64,000 nt of DNA from Octopus vulgaris (GCA_951406725.2 OX597832.1:58838001-58902000); one strand, 5' to 3'; shown: positions 41,041-55,904, counted from the first letter of the stretch. The notes: a model not told the origin generated them from the sequence alone. Numbers and translations: made by a program.

Positions 41041-41380
41041 ATGTGTATGTGCGTTTCTATGTGTGTATTTTTATGTGTGTGCCTTTATATGTGAGTGTTT
41101 TTTAATGTGTGTATGCGTTTCTATGTGTGTGCGTTTTTATGTGTTTGTGTGTTTTTGTGTGTGTGTACGTTTCTATGTATGTGTATGCGTTTTTATGCGT
41201 GTGTGTATTTTCATGTGTGTATGCATTTTTATGTGTGTATGTTTCTATTTATGTGTGTGTTTGTATGTGTATGTGTGCGTTTTTATGTATGTCTGTGCGT
41301 CTTTATGTGTGTGTGTACGTTTTTAAGTGTGCTTTTTTATGTCTGTGCGCATTTTTACATGTGTGTATGTGTGCGTTTTT
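41041..41380. repeat. Degenerate ~18-22-bp minisatellite (gtgtgtgcgtttttat-like)
   Basis: Direct. Confidence 0.85.
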
Positions 41381-41624
41381 AATGGGTTTACAGTAAAACT
41401 GAATTGTAAGTTCAAATTAAATCGCAATGTTCAACATGGTTTTTCGTTTCAGTCCCACTGCTTGGCACATTTGGCAAATGTCTTCGTCTATAGCCTCAAA
41501 ACCCACCAAAGGCCTGTGAATGAATCTGGTAGACGGAAACTGAAAGAAACCCATCGTATATACATACATACATATACACACATATGTAATATGAATCCCG
41601 TTGTGTGTGTGTGTAAAAGAAAAT

Positions 41625-43270
41625 AACGGCTGTATTTTTAAACTGATTTTCTCCAAACTGGGAACATAATTAGTTGTGTCCCAGGGATGGTTTCAAACTC
41701 TTAAAATTTTTCACATTATGAGTAACGGACCCCTGGGGACAGAAAATTCTCGTTCGTGGGGTAAGTGGAAAAGTGGGGTAACACTTTGCGAATTAACTTT
41801 CAAAAATTGATTGTCTCCCTTACATGCTTTGGTCGTAAAATTATTTTTAAAATTGCCTTTGAAATTTTAAAAATATTTACTTCTGGTTTTCTAGCGTCAG
41901 TGACGTCTTCATCTATCCATATCTCGATATCCATTTCTATCTCTATATCTCTCTACCGCTTTGTATCTATCTGTCCATAGATATGTCTATGTATCTCTCT
42001 ATATCTGTCTTATTTGTCTAACTTGCCTGCTCTCTCTTTCCCCCTCTCTCTATATCTCACTCGCTCTCTTTTTTCACTTTTATTTCTCAGATGCTATTGT
42101 TTTCACATTAAGTTCAATCGCTATTGCTTTCGCAGTAAGTTTTCAATCCCTATTTACAAACAACAACGACAAATTACTAACAGAAAGAATTTCACAACGA
42201 CTGATGAAAGTTATTTCATACATAATTTACTGACAGAAATAACTTCATAATTTTCACTTCAATCCGTACACTTCGTTAAATTTGCGTACAAATTTCTTAT
42301 TTATTTTTGCACCGTTTCGTGTTTTTTTTTTGTTAAAGGAATTACCGATTAATGCAAGTTCACAATTTACTGACAGAAATAGCTAGACGATTTCAGCTGA
42401 ATCCGTACATTTAGTTAATTTCCCTAAAAATTTCTTATTCGCTTTTGCAAAGGTTTTGTGTTTTTCTATTGTTAATCGCTTTTTTCTGGTTCCTTCATTA
42501 CTGGCTCTTTAGTTCACTGACAAATTTCGCTTTAACCCAAACAATTCTTTATTTTCCGTAAAAATTTCTTATTTACTTTCTGCCCGTTGTATTAAGAAAT
42601 ATGATTCCCGTTACCCAGTTATTTTCATTGTTTACTCTCTTCCGCACCCGTGTATTTTTGTTTACGTATATATCGATGCCTTGAAGGAAAGTATCAAATT
42701 TGTCTCCAATGTCAAGGTCAGCCAAAAGTATAACCAGGGAAAGAGTAACAGCTGCAGAAAGGGCAGTATACTAAGAAACGAATAGACTGTGCACTACAAT
42801 AGCCAGAGCATGTCAAAGTGATGAACAGATGTATTCACGACTAAGAAAGAATATGATCTTCACTGCAGGACGAAGAGCAGTTGTAACAGCTCAGAGGAGT
42901 AACATCTATGAAACAGCATTCAATTATGATCCAGCAGTTCATTATGCAAATGGCAATAGAGTTCCCATTAGTGCAATGACACTGAGTGCATACATTGTAA
43001 AGCAAAGAAGACACACCTGCACTGTGCTGCAGGGGTTGAAAGGTTTAATCTCCCGACTTCCAAAGCCATTGAAAAAACTATTGTCATCAACTGATCAAGA
43101 TTCCAAGCACTTCAGAAACAAAATTAGACAATACAACGCAGCACCACATATGAGATCACTTGGGGCCACAAGAGATTTAGCTGAGCCAGGATTCGTGCAA
43201 ACTTTCAAGATCCTAGGTCAGATTTATGAAAAGAACTTACAAGTTGCATTAAAAATGGAAATTTAAAGGT
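41625..43270 (+). mobile_element. Helitron 5' portion
   Basis: 5' region shared with 9290-9435; contains the RepHel remnant. Confidence 0.75.
42676..43266 (+). pseudogene. Helitron RepHel N-terminal remnant
   Basis: MP*RKVSNLS.. in frame with AFNYDPAVHY..LPKPLKKLLS..SKHFRNKIRQYNAAPHMRSLGA..GFVQTFKILGQIY; two in-frame stops. Confidence 0.85.
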
Positions 43271-43643
43271 CTTAGATTCCGATGGAAATGATCGTTCGTT
43301 GTATGAAAACTGACCAATGACAGATTTTCAATAGATCTGGTGGGACTATATCAGTTATCGTTTTACAAATCAGTGTGTGTATGTGTGTGTATGTATGTGT
43401 ATGTATGTGTATGTGTGTGTATGTGTGCGTATGTGTGTGTATGTGTGATCTGATCGGAGTTGGGGTGACAGTCCCTCGCTGATCGGAGCTAGTGTGACTG
43501 TCCACCACTACCAGCCCACAGTCGAACTCACAACCTTACGTTCATAAGCTCGACGCTCTAATCACTGATCACTGAGCCATGCGCCTTCACAAGCCCACAC
43601 ATATACATGCGTATATACGGATAGACTTACATATATATATATG

Positions 43644-43699
<56 letters not shown>

Positions 43700-43827
43700 T
43701 ATATATGTCTGTGTGTTTGTGTGTCTACCTATGTGTGTGCATATACACATATATGTGTGTACAGACACATTTATGTATGTGTATGAATGTTTATACTCAT
43801 GCACGTATGTATGCATGTATGTATGGT

Positions 43828-43859
<32 letters not shown>

Positions 43860-44756
43860 TGTATGTATTTATGTATGTATGTATGTATGTATGTATGTAT
43901 GTATGTATGTATGTATGCATGTGTTTCTAGTGTTGCTGTCTTACTGAAATACAGCAATATCATACATTATCAGAATCACATCTTTTGTACCGATAGGTAA
44001 AAGTAAAAAGCCGATGAGAACGGAAATGCGATAACTCCATTAATGACGACAACAAAACCAGAAAAACAGCAACAACAAAAACAGATGAAAAAGAACTAAA
44101 GACACAAAAAACAACGCGAGAATGAGAGAGAGAGAGAGAATCATACTTCAAAGATTTTAGCTTAACTATAGAAGCGGTGTTGTATAGAATAATATCTTTT
44201 TTAAAATAAATGTCTTCAAGATATATCAGTGACTGTGGGGTCGATCTATTATACTTTACTGCATACATGCTTTATTATTCATAAATGTACTGTAACGTAA
44301 GAGTAAATATTATAATAAAATGGCTGCCAGTCTCGATCATTGTGTGATGTGTTGTTTTGTGTGTTGTGTGTGTGTGTGTATTTTACTCCATTTTTTCTCT
44401 AGTTTTTGCTTCCTTTGTCTCCATGTGTCTCTTCCATTCTTTCCGTTTTTTTTTATGCTCTTCTTTGGTTTCTGCACTCAGTTGTACTTTATTGTGCATA
44501 TCGATATGTATGTACGTACGCATGTGCGTATGCACCATGATTGTATACATGCATATATGCATGCACACATACACACACACATATGTGTGTGTGCGTGTAT
44601 ATATGTATATATACATATACATATGTATATATATATACATATATATATATACATATATATGCATATATATATATACACATATATATACATACATATACAT
44701 ATATATACATATATATACATACATATATATATATATTTATATATATATGCAATCAG

Positions 44757-44816
<60 letters not shown>

Positions 44817-44936
44817 TAGATAGGATGTGTGTAGAGAGAAAGACAGCTAGTAGGAAAGCTAAAATGTATAGAGTGATTCAGTGTGTATAATATGTTATAA
44901 ATGAATATATAGTATGCGCATATATGTACATATATG

Positions 44937-44977
<41 letters not shown>

Positions 44978-44999
44978 GCAAGTATGTATGTATGTATGC

Positions 45000-45075
<76 letters not shown>

Positions 45076-46969
45076 GTAGATAGATAGATATGTATGTTCG
45101 TATGTATGTGAACCTATACAAGTATATATTTTAGTGTATGTATGACCTTTTTCGCCCTGTGGAAGGTCAATTCAGGACCAACCAGTTACAGGGATTTTAG
45201 CTGATAAAACAAAATATTCGTCAGCAGAATTCAAACAATGAAAATAGCAATAAAACCACCAGGAAGATATCTTTGTAGCTGAAAGTTATATTTAGATAAA
45301 ATATTTACAGATGTTTACTTTTCTCTTACTACTGCAAATTTTATGTAAACATGCTGACTTATGCACATACACTAACGCCTAAAAGCACCAAGTCACTCTA
45401 GTACAAGTATACTTACATTCTTGATGAGGTTAAAGTATTGGTATAGAGAATCTTATAAAGTATTGCTCGAGCGAATCTTATAATAATTCTGCTTGTTACC
45501 CCGTTACTTAGCCCGTCTGTAACACTTTCACGGGATTAGTTCAAGGGAGATGGAGGGAGGAGCAGGGAGTGTAGGTAAGGAAGAGAACGTAGGTAGGGAG
45601 GGGAGGAGGCAAATGTGGTGGTGAGTGAAATGTGTAATTTATTCTAACTAAGCTTTTTTTCCTCTGCTACATAGCTCGTCTGTAACTCTTTCACGTAATT
45701 AGTTGAAAGGAAAGGCAAGCATCGAAAGAAAAAGAGGGTAAGGCGAAGAGTGAGAGTGTTGTATATTAAGTCTATAAATTTGTGCATAAAGTATATAAAG
45801 TGTGTATATAAAGTTCCTTTAGTAATCACCATATTCCAATGTCCTTCACTTTTCAATGATTAACTGATGAGCGACTATCTTTTGATACAGACACAACATA
45901 GGCTATGCTTTCAGGATTTTGGGATAAATTTTTCAGAAATAACCTAAAAGGTTTACCATTGATTACGTGAAATATTCACGGGACCCATAGTATATATAAA
46001 TTTTAGCCAGCATTCCGTACCACAGGCATGCGTTAACGTCTTGATTCTACGTTTAAAACGATTATAGGCAGAAATATGCATTCTTTAGTTCATGTTCACT
46101 CCTCTTATCCTCTTTTCAACAAAGTTAATGGAGACCAACTCTTGTTTCTATGCCTTTATTTTCATCTTGAAGTGGAACTTGAAAAGACTTGATGAGAATC
46201 TAGATGAAAACGGAAAGTCACTGTCTTTGGTACTTTCGTTCACAGCAGAACATCTTTCTCCATAACTACCAGACAAAGGAAACTTGCTTGCCCTTCCTGG
46301 TTAATAAAATATCATTTTCTTCTATAGAACCACGGCCTGAAACTTCTATAGGCACACGGCTTGAAACTAGCGTGTTATACTAGATGATTTGAGCGACCCC
46401 TAAAAGATAAGAAGCAGACTCGACCTAGAAGTAAGTTCAACTCAGAACGTAAAAGACGGATGATGTGCCGTTAAGAATTTCACCCGGCGTGCAGACGATT
46501 CTTTCTTTTAGGGCAGCAATAGCTAAAATATTCGCGAATATGCAAGGGTTCAATGCTCAGGTAAAGAACAGAACAAGAAGCAAACGCGGTGGCGTGAGTT
46601 ATATTTGGAAAATAATGGTTTCAAATTTTGGTACAAGGCCAGGAATTTCGAGGGAGCAAGGGGTTAATCGATTGCATCGACCCCAGGGTTCAACTGATAC
46701 TTATTTCATCGACCCCGAAGGAATGAAAGGCAAAGTCGATCTCGGCGGAATTTCAGCTCATTTCGTGAAGACAAAAGAAACACCACTAAGCATTTCGCTC
46801 GGCGTGCTAACGAATGTCTGCTCGCCGCCTTCTGCTAGGATAAATATTATTTACCATATTTGATGACATGTAAAATATACAGGAGCGTACTAGACGTACC
46901 CTAGTTTCAGTAACATTTTCTTCGGCGTGCTAATGATTCTGTCAGTTCTCTGCCTTATATTACTGAGAT

Positions 46970-47387
46970 GGGATCTTTTCGGTTTGAACGGCAGTTTTTT
47001 CTAGCGGTGTCATATGAAATTGTCACCCATAATTATGACCATAGTATCGATCTATTGCATTTCAATCTGTTTTAGGGTTAGGGTTAGGGGTGGTGGGAAG
47101 GATATCTTTTTTTCTTCACAGATGTAAATAAACCCAATCTGTTTCTTAAACGAGGAATATATTCATACGGCACAGAATGTTTTCAGTTCAATAGACGTCA
47201 CTGATTGGTTCAAATTGCAGAAATTGAAGAAAAAAAACAACAAATATCTTACAAACTATAGAATTTTCTCAATAAAGCCAAGAGAAAAATATGTTTTATA
47301 AACACATTCTACTAGTATACGAAGTTTAAAATTTTTTAGTTACCTAGAAATTATGTTAAAAACTGCCGTTCAAACCGAAAAGATCCC
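46970..47387. mobile_element. 418-bp MITE with perfect 30-bp TIRs, 6-bp TSD and internal (TTAGGG)3
   Basis: TIR gggatcttttcggtttgaacggcagttttt; TSD tgagat at 46964-46969 and 47388-47393. Confidence 0.9.
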
Positions 47388-48202
47388 TGAGATGAACATC
47401 AGCAATAAAATTTTGGCCATTTCTAAGTTAGAAACACGGCCACAGGTTTTTTTTAGTGTCGGAGAGATAATTACAAATGAAATGAAATACTAATAATTAA
47501 CTATCATTTCATCCGCTCAAAAGCATATCAATTAAATGCGCAACGGTGGTATTTGAACACAGAACGTAGAAGACATTGCTATGTAACAGATTATTATTAT
47601 ATATTAAATAAGACACTAACACTTGGCCGTTATTTATTTTATCCACCCAAAAGTTAGAAATTTAGATGGGCAACGTGTAGTATTTGAACACAGAACTTGG
47701 AATATATGGCTATATGACACAAATGACTTTAGTCGATGATCCACCGTTCCTGGCATTCATATCATTAATAGCAATGATATTGGCTTCTAATACGTTGAAG
47801 ACAAATTGTCTTTTAAGGTCAATTTATTATAGATCTAACATTTCAATAGAGGCTGTTTGGAATTATACTGACAATATGTAATTAAGTTCAGCAACAGAAA
47901 ATTATCTTCTCCTTCTTATCAAACTTAACACCAGAAAGGGAATAAATTTAAGCTGAAGCTCTACACTCATTGCAACGACTGAGAATAATATTCCATCTTT
48001 AGAATTGATCTAAATCTTTTATTGTCTTGTATGTTTTAGTATATTGTTCTTGTTTTGTGTTTCTTCATTGAACAAAGGAAATAATTTAAAGAGAACGTAG
48101 ATTATTGTGAATTTAACGACGGTTCATTGGTTTCTAACTAAAGTTGAGGTCAGTAAATATTTATCACGCAAACAATGATGAACTGCTCCATCAATAATTC
48201 AG

Positions 48203-48624
48203 AAGTTGCCATCCAATTCATAAACTCCTCTATGAATGTATTTATGTAATCAGGCTGCATGAATGCTGTAAAACGTTACTAACCTCCTAAGTGAGACGGG
48301 AAATTAGTTGAAGCGTTTTCGATTCCCGGTTGAACCGGGAACATTTGTAATGGCGAATATTTTCTAATTCTATTGATAAAATACATCGAGAAGAATAACC
48401 TCCGCTCCAAGTTGCCATCCAATTCATAAACTCCTCTATGAATGTATTTATGTAATCAGGCTGCATGAATGCTGTACAACGTTACTGACCTCCTAAGTGA
48501 GACGGAAATTAGTCGAAGCGTTTTCGATTCCCGGTTGAACTGGGTTTCGCTCTATAACATTTGTAATGGCGAATATTTTCTAATTTTATTGTTAAAATAC
48601 ATCGAGGAGAACAACCTCCGCTCC
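48203..48624. repeat. Tandem duplication of a ~206-216-bp unit
   Basis: Units 48203-48408 and 48409-48624 both start aagttgccatccaattc and end aacctccgctcc. Confidence 0.95.
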
Positions 48625-50568
48625 GGTGTTTTCCCCGTGAATCATTTAACAGCAAAAAGAACATGCGTGTGGTTATTCATCCTGCTAGAAAAAGCAACCG
48701 AATTGCTCTTGAAGTAAAACACTACCATCGTCTTAAAAATGGAATGGTGCATTGGAAAATACTAAAGTCAGAGCAACGAATGGTATATGAACTTTTAAAT
48801 TCAGATTTGTATCATAGGATATTTATTGATTTTAAAGTTTGGTACTCATCGATCCCGAAGATCAAAGGCAAAGTCAACCTCGGCGGAATTCGAACTCAGA
48901 ACGTAAACACCGACGAAATACCCCTATTTTGTCCTAATATTATTATCTGTCTGTTATCTAAATTACATACCAATTAGTTTGTTGTGTTTAAAGATTGCTA
49001 GGAAAGATTTTCAAAGGCATAATATGGATCCGTTGCCTTCCCTGAAACTCGGTCGATTCACATTCGGTAAATAAGACCCGCAGAAAATTCGCTTTAAGTA
49101 TAACTGGTAACTTAGTTCAGTTATATAAACAATAAAATCTATTTATTTATCAATCTTTGTATCTTCCTTAACGTGGATGCATTATAAAAGCACTGTAATA
49201 CTGCAGTATTTATCTTGCAAGGAAGAGTGTCTCGTATAGCCGTTCAGTGCGTAAAAGGACAGACAATTAATAGTAGAAGAAACTTGCCCAAAAACTGTGG
49301 TGGAAATGCTACATCACGTGAATTCAGCCAGTCTGTGCTTCAATAACAGCAGATTTCCATTATTACCGTTTCTATCCAATGTCGCTTCCACTGATATATA
49401 GAAAGAACAGTGTTTAATAAGAATAAGACACTGACGGTGAAAATATTTAGTGGGCCGGGTAAAAATTAGATATTAGTGACGGAAGAAGCATTGTTAGTGA
49501 AGAACAATGTTCTCGAGCTTTATATTCTTGTAAATCATGTTTAATACGTTCGTAAGCAATCGAACATGGTAACACCTTTCGCTGCTGAGGTAGTCCTGGG
49601 AGAAACTCTTCTTCCTAAACTTGTATAAATACATTATTGCATTTTATGAATGACTACAATGGATCGTAGCACGTATTGCCTTTCTGCGTTGTTTCGGCTC
49701 ATCAGCTTCGAAAATCAACCCAGTCGCTACGATCCAATACTTCCACTCACAGACCGAAACAAAATGTGTAATTACACATGTCTTGATGGAGGATTTCCTC
49801 CCTGGTGCAGTTGCTGCTGTCAAAGGTCTTACCACGACTTCTTTCACTCGAACGTATTCAAAACACAACGAACATTACTTCGTGCTGTCTTGTTTATTTA
49901 AAACCCCATTTAAAACTCCATATAAACTACATTTATATGTTTTCGAAGGTAGATCAAGCAGTATACGTACAATAACAAACTTCAACATAATTATAGTTGG
50001 AAAAGATATTTCCTTTCATATTCTACTTGTAGCAGGGATTGGTCTGTTGCCATGCTGGAGCACCGGCTTGAATAGTTGACGGGTTAACCCGAAAAAATCC
50101 CCGCCTACTCCACTCACTAGTACATTTTCTTTTATTCTGGCACTTCTTTTATCGGTCACAGTTGCCCAATTGTTAATTTACGGAGAAGTGAACAAAACAG
50201 TGATTTCATGCGGTGGCGGTGTACAAACACATACACACACACGCAGACGCACGCACACACGCACATGTATGTTTATATATATGAATATATATATATGTAT
50301 GTTCCTACTTTCGAAACCCGGAGTAGATAAAACAGGGGACAATTGATGAAGGGAATATTCTTTGTATTGCCTGTCACGTTTCTCTATTTGTTTCTTTCGT
50401 TGTTCGAAAAAAAGTTCGTTTTCCATGTTTTTGTATTTCATGTTCTCGTCTCTCATTTTCTTCACGTTTTTATACGTTCTGTACCCATATATGCATGTAT
50501 ATATCCATATATATGTAGGTATGTACATATATGTATGTATATATGCATATACATGTATATTATTTATA

Positions 50569-50599
<31 letters not shown>

Positions 50600-50603
50600 G
50601 CAG

Positions 50604-50646
<43 letters not shown>

Positions 50647-50826
50647 CAATTAATAATCGTGGATAAAACCTTTATAAGTAGACACGTAATAAACCGTATA
50701 TGTTATAATTAATGCTAGTATATATAATTATATAAATATAATTATAATAATAAAGGTACTAAAGAATAGCGTCACATGCTATAGATATACGCCAAATGAA
50801 ATAGACTTGTTCCATTAGCACCATCA

Positions 50827-50896
<70 letters not shown>

Positions 50897-51371
50897 CATC
50901 ATTATTATTATTATATCGTTGATATTATGTTAAACTTCCGCTTATCCAAATTTGGCCAAATGTGTTTTTTTTACTCAATATTTATTTTTGTGTGCAAAAG
51001 CCGGTTCTTTTGCTCAAACTATTGGTATCTCCAGCTGCTTCGGATGCCAAGATATCAAACATTGTCAAAGTGTAGAACATCGGTTTAGCTATGGAAATTT
51101 GAAACCACCTTTTCGTTTTGGACTTACGACCCATTTGCACATCAGCAACGATATATATAGACTTTTTTTCATTTTTAGTCTACCAAATCCAACCACAAGA
51201 CTCTGGTCAGTCACTTGCCTAAGATGTCTTGCAGGAGGATGGACAAAACACAACACATCATGGTTTGGGAACCAGATTCTTAACCACACAACCACGATCG
51301 CCATGTTGATTCGCTAGCTTCAGCATGCATTTTTTCTCTCCTTGTTTCTCTCCGTGTTTCTTTTCTGTGTA

Positions 51372-51409
51372 TATTTCTGTTGAAGAGCGTAGGCTCGAAA
51401 CGTAAAAGA
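51372..51409 (+). ncRNA. Hammerhead-like motif with A6U variant in a PLE-like fragment (~51325-51510)
   Basis: ttt-CTGTTGA-a-gagc(gtag)gctc-GAAA-cg-TA-aaa. Confidence 0.5.
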
Positions 51410-52011
51410 CTTGTTTTATTTATATTCCTGAGCGCCATACTAATACAATTGTTTGTTTGTATTCCACCTGCCTTCGTCTTTTGTTTATTTTCATAAAGCT
51501 TCCCGTTATATATACATATATATATATGTGTGTATATATTTTTCTGACTTGTCTATTTATTTTATTAATATATTTTTGTCCTGTTATACTTCTTAATTCG
51601 GTGTGTGTGTGTGTGTGTGTGTTTTCTATCGATATTTAGAATTAGCGGCATTGAAAACAAAGCGGCATACATCTCAATTTAGTTACCGGTTTTAATTCCA
51701 GTTCACCGGGCTTTGCCTCAATCCAGACTGGCTTATTCCTCTTTAATTAAGAATTCCTACATGCAAGAAAGAGAATGAGGGATGGAGGGATGGAAGGAGT
51801 GAAAGTTAGTGAAAGAGGGAGAGAAAGAGCGAAATGTGGAAACGTGTGTGAGCGTACGTGAGAAACGCAGTGTTTGTGGGTGTATGTGTGTATGTGTGTG
51901 TGTGGGGGGGTGATAGACACTGAGGCAAGGAGAGAGTAAGAGTGAGAGTGAGAAAGAGAGGGGAAGAAAGACTGAAAGAAAGAGAAAGAGCGAGAAAGAT
52001 AAAGAGAGTGA

Positions 52012-52045
<34 letters not shown>

Positions 52046-52079
52046 GCGACAGTGATAGAGAAAGTGTGAGTTTGTGTGC

Positions 52080-52143
<64 letters not shown>

Positions 52144-52922
52144 TAGTAAGACACAGTGAGGAAGTACATGAGACAGAAAGTTGAAGACGAACAGGAGAGA
52201 GAGAGAGAGACATGAAGTCATAGCTAGACACAACCAGTCAAGCACACACACACATACACACACACATACAGAGCGACAGAGAAAGAGAGAGAGAAAGAGT
52301 GAGAGAGAGAGAAGAAAAGAGAAAATTAGAAAAACAAAGAGATGGAGAAAACAAGACGGAAAATTGGAGAGAAACAAAAGAATTGGACACGAAGATGCAG
52401 CTAGAGAAGAAAAGAAACAGCTGGGGAGAGAGAGGGGGAGGGAGAGAGGGAGGGAAGAGAGCTGGAGAGAGAGGGAGGAGAGAGAGAGGGAGGAGAGAGA
52501 GAGAGAGAGGGACAGAGAAAGAGTGAGAAGAAAGAGAGATGGAAAAAAAAATTGGAAAGTAGTGATTATTTTGTGTCATCAACTTAATTAGAATCGAAAA
52601 TGGTTATCAATTATTCTTGTTCAAAATCCTTCCTTTTACCGATTCCTCCCTGTCTTTTTAACAGGAAGGAGACTTGGCAATCTTTGTGCGAAATGTTCGT
52701 TGGGTAGAGAAGAGAAAAGGAAGTCGTCAATACAGTTTAACGACATCAATACAAATGTTCAATATCTTTTTATTATTGCAGCATACAAAATTATATATGC
52801 ACATCCATGGCTGCGTGTGAAGATCTTTAAGATTCTAAACCCTTCTCTACACACACATATATCCACATATACATACATACATACATATCTTTAAATATAT
52901 ATATATATATATATATACATAC

Positions 52923-52985
<63 letters not shown>

Positions 52986-53264
52986 TGTGTGTGTGTATAT
53001 GTATGTATGCTCAGTTTAAGATTCATTGATATATGTTGCAACACACATGTAAGGATATGTGCTGATATGCATTCAAATATAGAGGGCCATAATCACACGC
53101 ACACATGGAGATGCACACATGTATGACTACGTATACGAACCATGGATAAATATGCGAGCATATGTATATCTGTATGAGTAAATACACGCACACACATATA
53201 CGGAAACAGACACACGTGCATATACACACACATACACACACACACATGTACATATATCTAAATA

Positions 53265-53295
<31 letters not shown>

Positions 53296-53300
53296 CTGTA

Positions 53301-53332
<32 letters not shown>

Positions 53333-53441
53333 TATATAGACATATAATACATATCTATCTATTGATCTATCAGTACACCCTCTCTTTCTTTCTCTTGCTC
53401 TCTCTCATATATATACTTACCTACATACATACATACATACA

Positions 53442-53475
<34 letters not shown>

Positions 53476-53746
53476 AATATATGCATACATGTGTCTGTAT
53501 GTATAAATAGTATACGTACACAAACATACACAAGTATACCTAAGTTCACATATGCATACTTACATGTGTGTACGTATAAGCGTGCACACACGCACAAACA
53601 CACTCATACACACACACTCACACATACACACATGTACGTGCATAGACATATAATACATATCTATCTATCTCTGTGTCGCCATCTTTCCTTCACTTTTTGT
53701 CTCCCTCTCTTTCTCTGCATATATATATATAAGTATACATATATAT

Positions 53747-53806
<60 letters not shown>

Positions 53807-53838
53807 TCACATATATATGTATATATATATATATATAA

Positions 53839-53880
<42 letters not shown>

Positions 53881-54463
53881 CATACATACATATGTATGTA
53901 TGCATGAATGAATGTATGTAGACGTATAGAGAGATCTGTGAGTGTGTACGTGTTTGTTGTGTGTGTAAATGCATAATATGAGTTTGTGTGGGTGTCTGCT
54001 GCAAGAGTTTGTAAAACGAAGCATGTAATTTATGAAGGCTTTTAAGCGATCGAAAAGGAAAATGAATACATGGGAAAAATATAACCGAAAAAAAAATAAC
54101 AGAAAGAAACCATGAAAAATAATAAAAAAAAAAATCTTTATATATATTCTTGAAATTCTAAATCTGTCACGTATCTTTTGAACATCATTTTTTACATCTT
54201 GATATGTTGTCATCCTGTGTCGGAAGCGATCAAATCCTGTGAATGGAATCCTTTTCCCTTTAGTCGGACTTGCTTATATTGACAAGGAATTGTAAGGAAC
54301 GGGGTTGGGTCTCACCAGTAAATTCATCATCAAATTGCTTGCATCGAATTTTTTTTTCCTACGAGTCTTTCTCTCTTTTAATGAGCTTGTCAAGAACACG
54401 TAATTTACATACAACTCATTCGTTTACTTTCTTACTCTCCGCATGTGTGTGTTACGAAGAATA

Positions 54464-54495
<32 letters not shown>

Positions 54496-54567
54496 GCTAT
54501 GTATGTATGTAGGCATGTATATACTATATGTATATGTATATATGTGTATTCATATATATATACGTAA

Positions 54568-54613
<46 letters not shown>

Positions 54614-55379
54614 TAAGTAAATATATGCATGTGTATATACAAATCCATACATATATACACACAAATACTTTTGTTCATGAACAAGCATGTAAGCAAATGC
54701 ATGTTATGTACATGTTATCCATGTATACGATGTGCATGAAACATTTAGGTGTGGGTGTATATATATATATGTGTGTGTGTGTGTGAGTGTGTGTGTGTGT
54801 GTGTGTCCCCACAAACACACGTATTTATGTACTTACATATTCATGTACGTATGCATATGTATATATATTCACATACGTACTCAAATATATTATATACACA
54901 CACATACACACAGATATGTAAATACATGTATATGTATATCTATACATACACGCGTACATGCATATATATCCAGGTTTGGGCTCGTATTTGCGTATGTAAG
55001 CGAGCGGGTATATACACAGTGACAGACGTGTACGTATGTATGTATGTATATATGTATGTATGTACGTATATATGCATACATACACACACACACTAACACA
55101 CACACAAACATATATATAGGTATATCTAGACTACATATAGAACTATACCTGATGATACTTTTCTCTGTGTAAATGTTAGTAGCAATAACTATAAACTTAC
55201 ACAACCCAGGTTATGAATATCTTTCTGTTTACGTACTTCAAAAACATTTATACACATACATCGGCATACGGACATGCGCAGATGCGAATTTCCATGCGTA
55301 CACCCGGACATACATACACATATGTGTGTACATATATATACATACATATATATATACATATGTGCATATGTATATATAA

Positions 55380-55453
<74 letters not shown>

Positions 55454-55589
55454 ATATATATATGTATATGCATACATGCGCACATACATAATGTTTGCAT
55501 TTCCACGATTGTATTTATGTGGTTTGCAAATTAAATCACTTCGATGTAAAAACATACACACACACAAACACACACACACATACATACAC

Positions 55590-55690
<101 letters not shown>

Positions 55691-55871
55691 ATTTGGGATT
55701 TTAAAAAACGAGATTGAAATATTTGTTTGTATTTAACTTCGGTATTAATAATTTAATCTAAAATCACAATTTCCAAATGTGGCAGTTATGCTTGTTTGGT
55801 TTGTTTTTACTTGCGTTGTACAGAATTAGATTTCTAGTTATAAACGCGCGTGCACGCGTGTATATATTTAC

Positions 55872-55904
<33 letters not shown>

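Noticed and set aside
47072-47089. Telomere or chromosome-fusion relic
   Set aside because: Only three units, lying inside a TIR/TSD-bounded MITE
54130-54275. Minus-strand open stretch [34 protein letters not shown]
   Set aside because: Weak acceptor, no donor and no recognised homology
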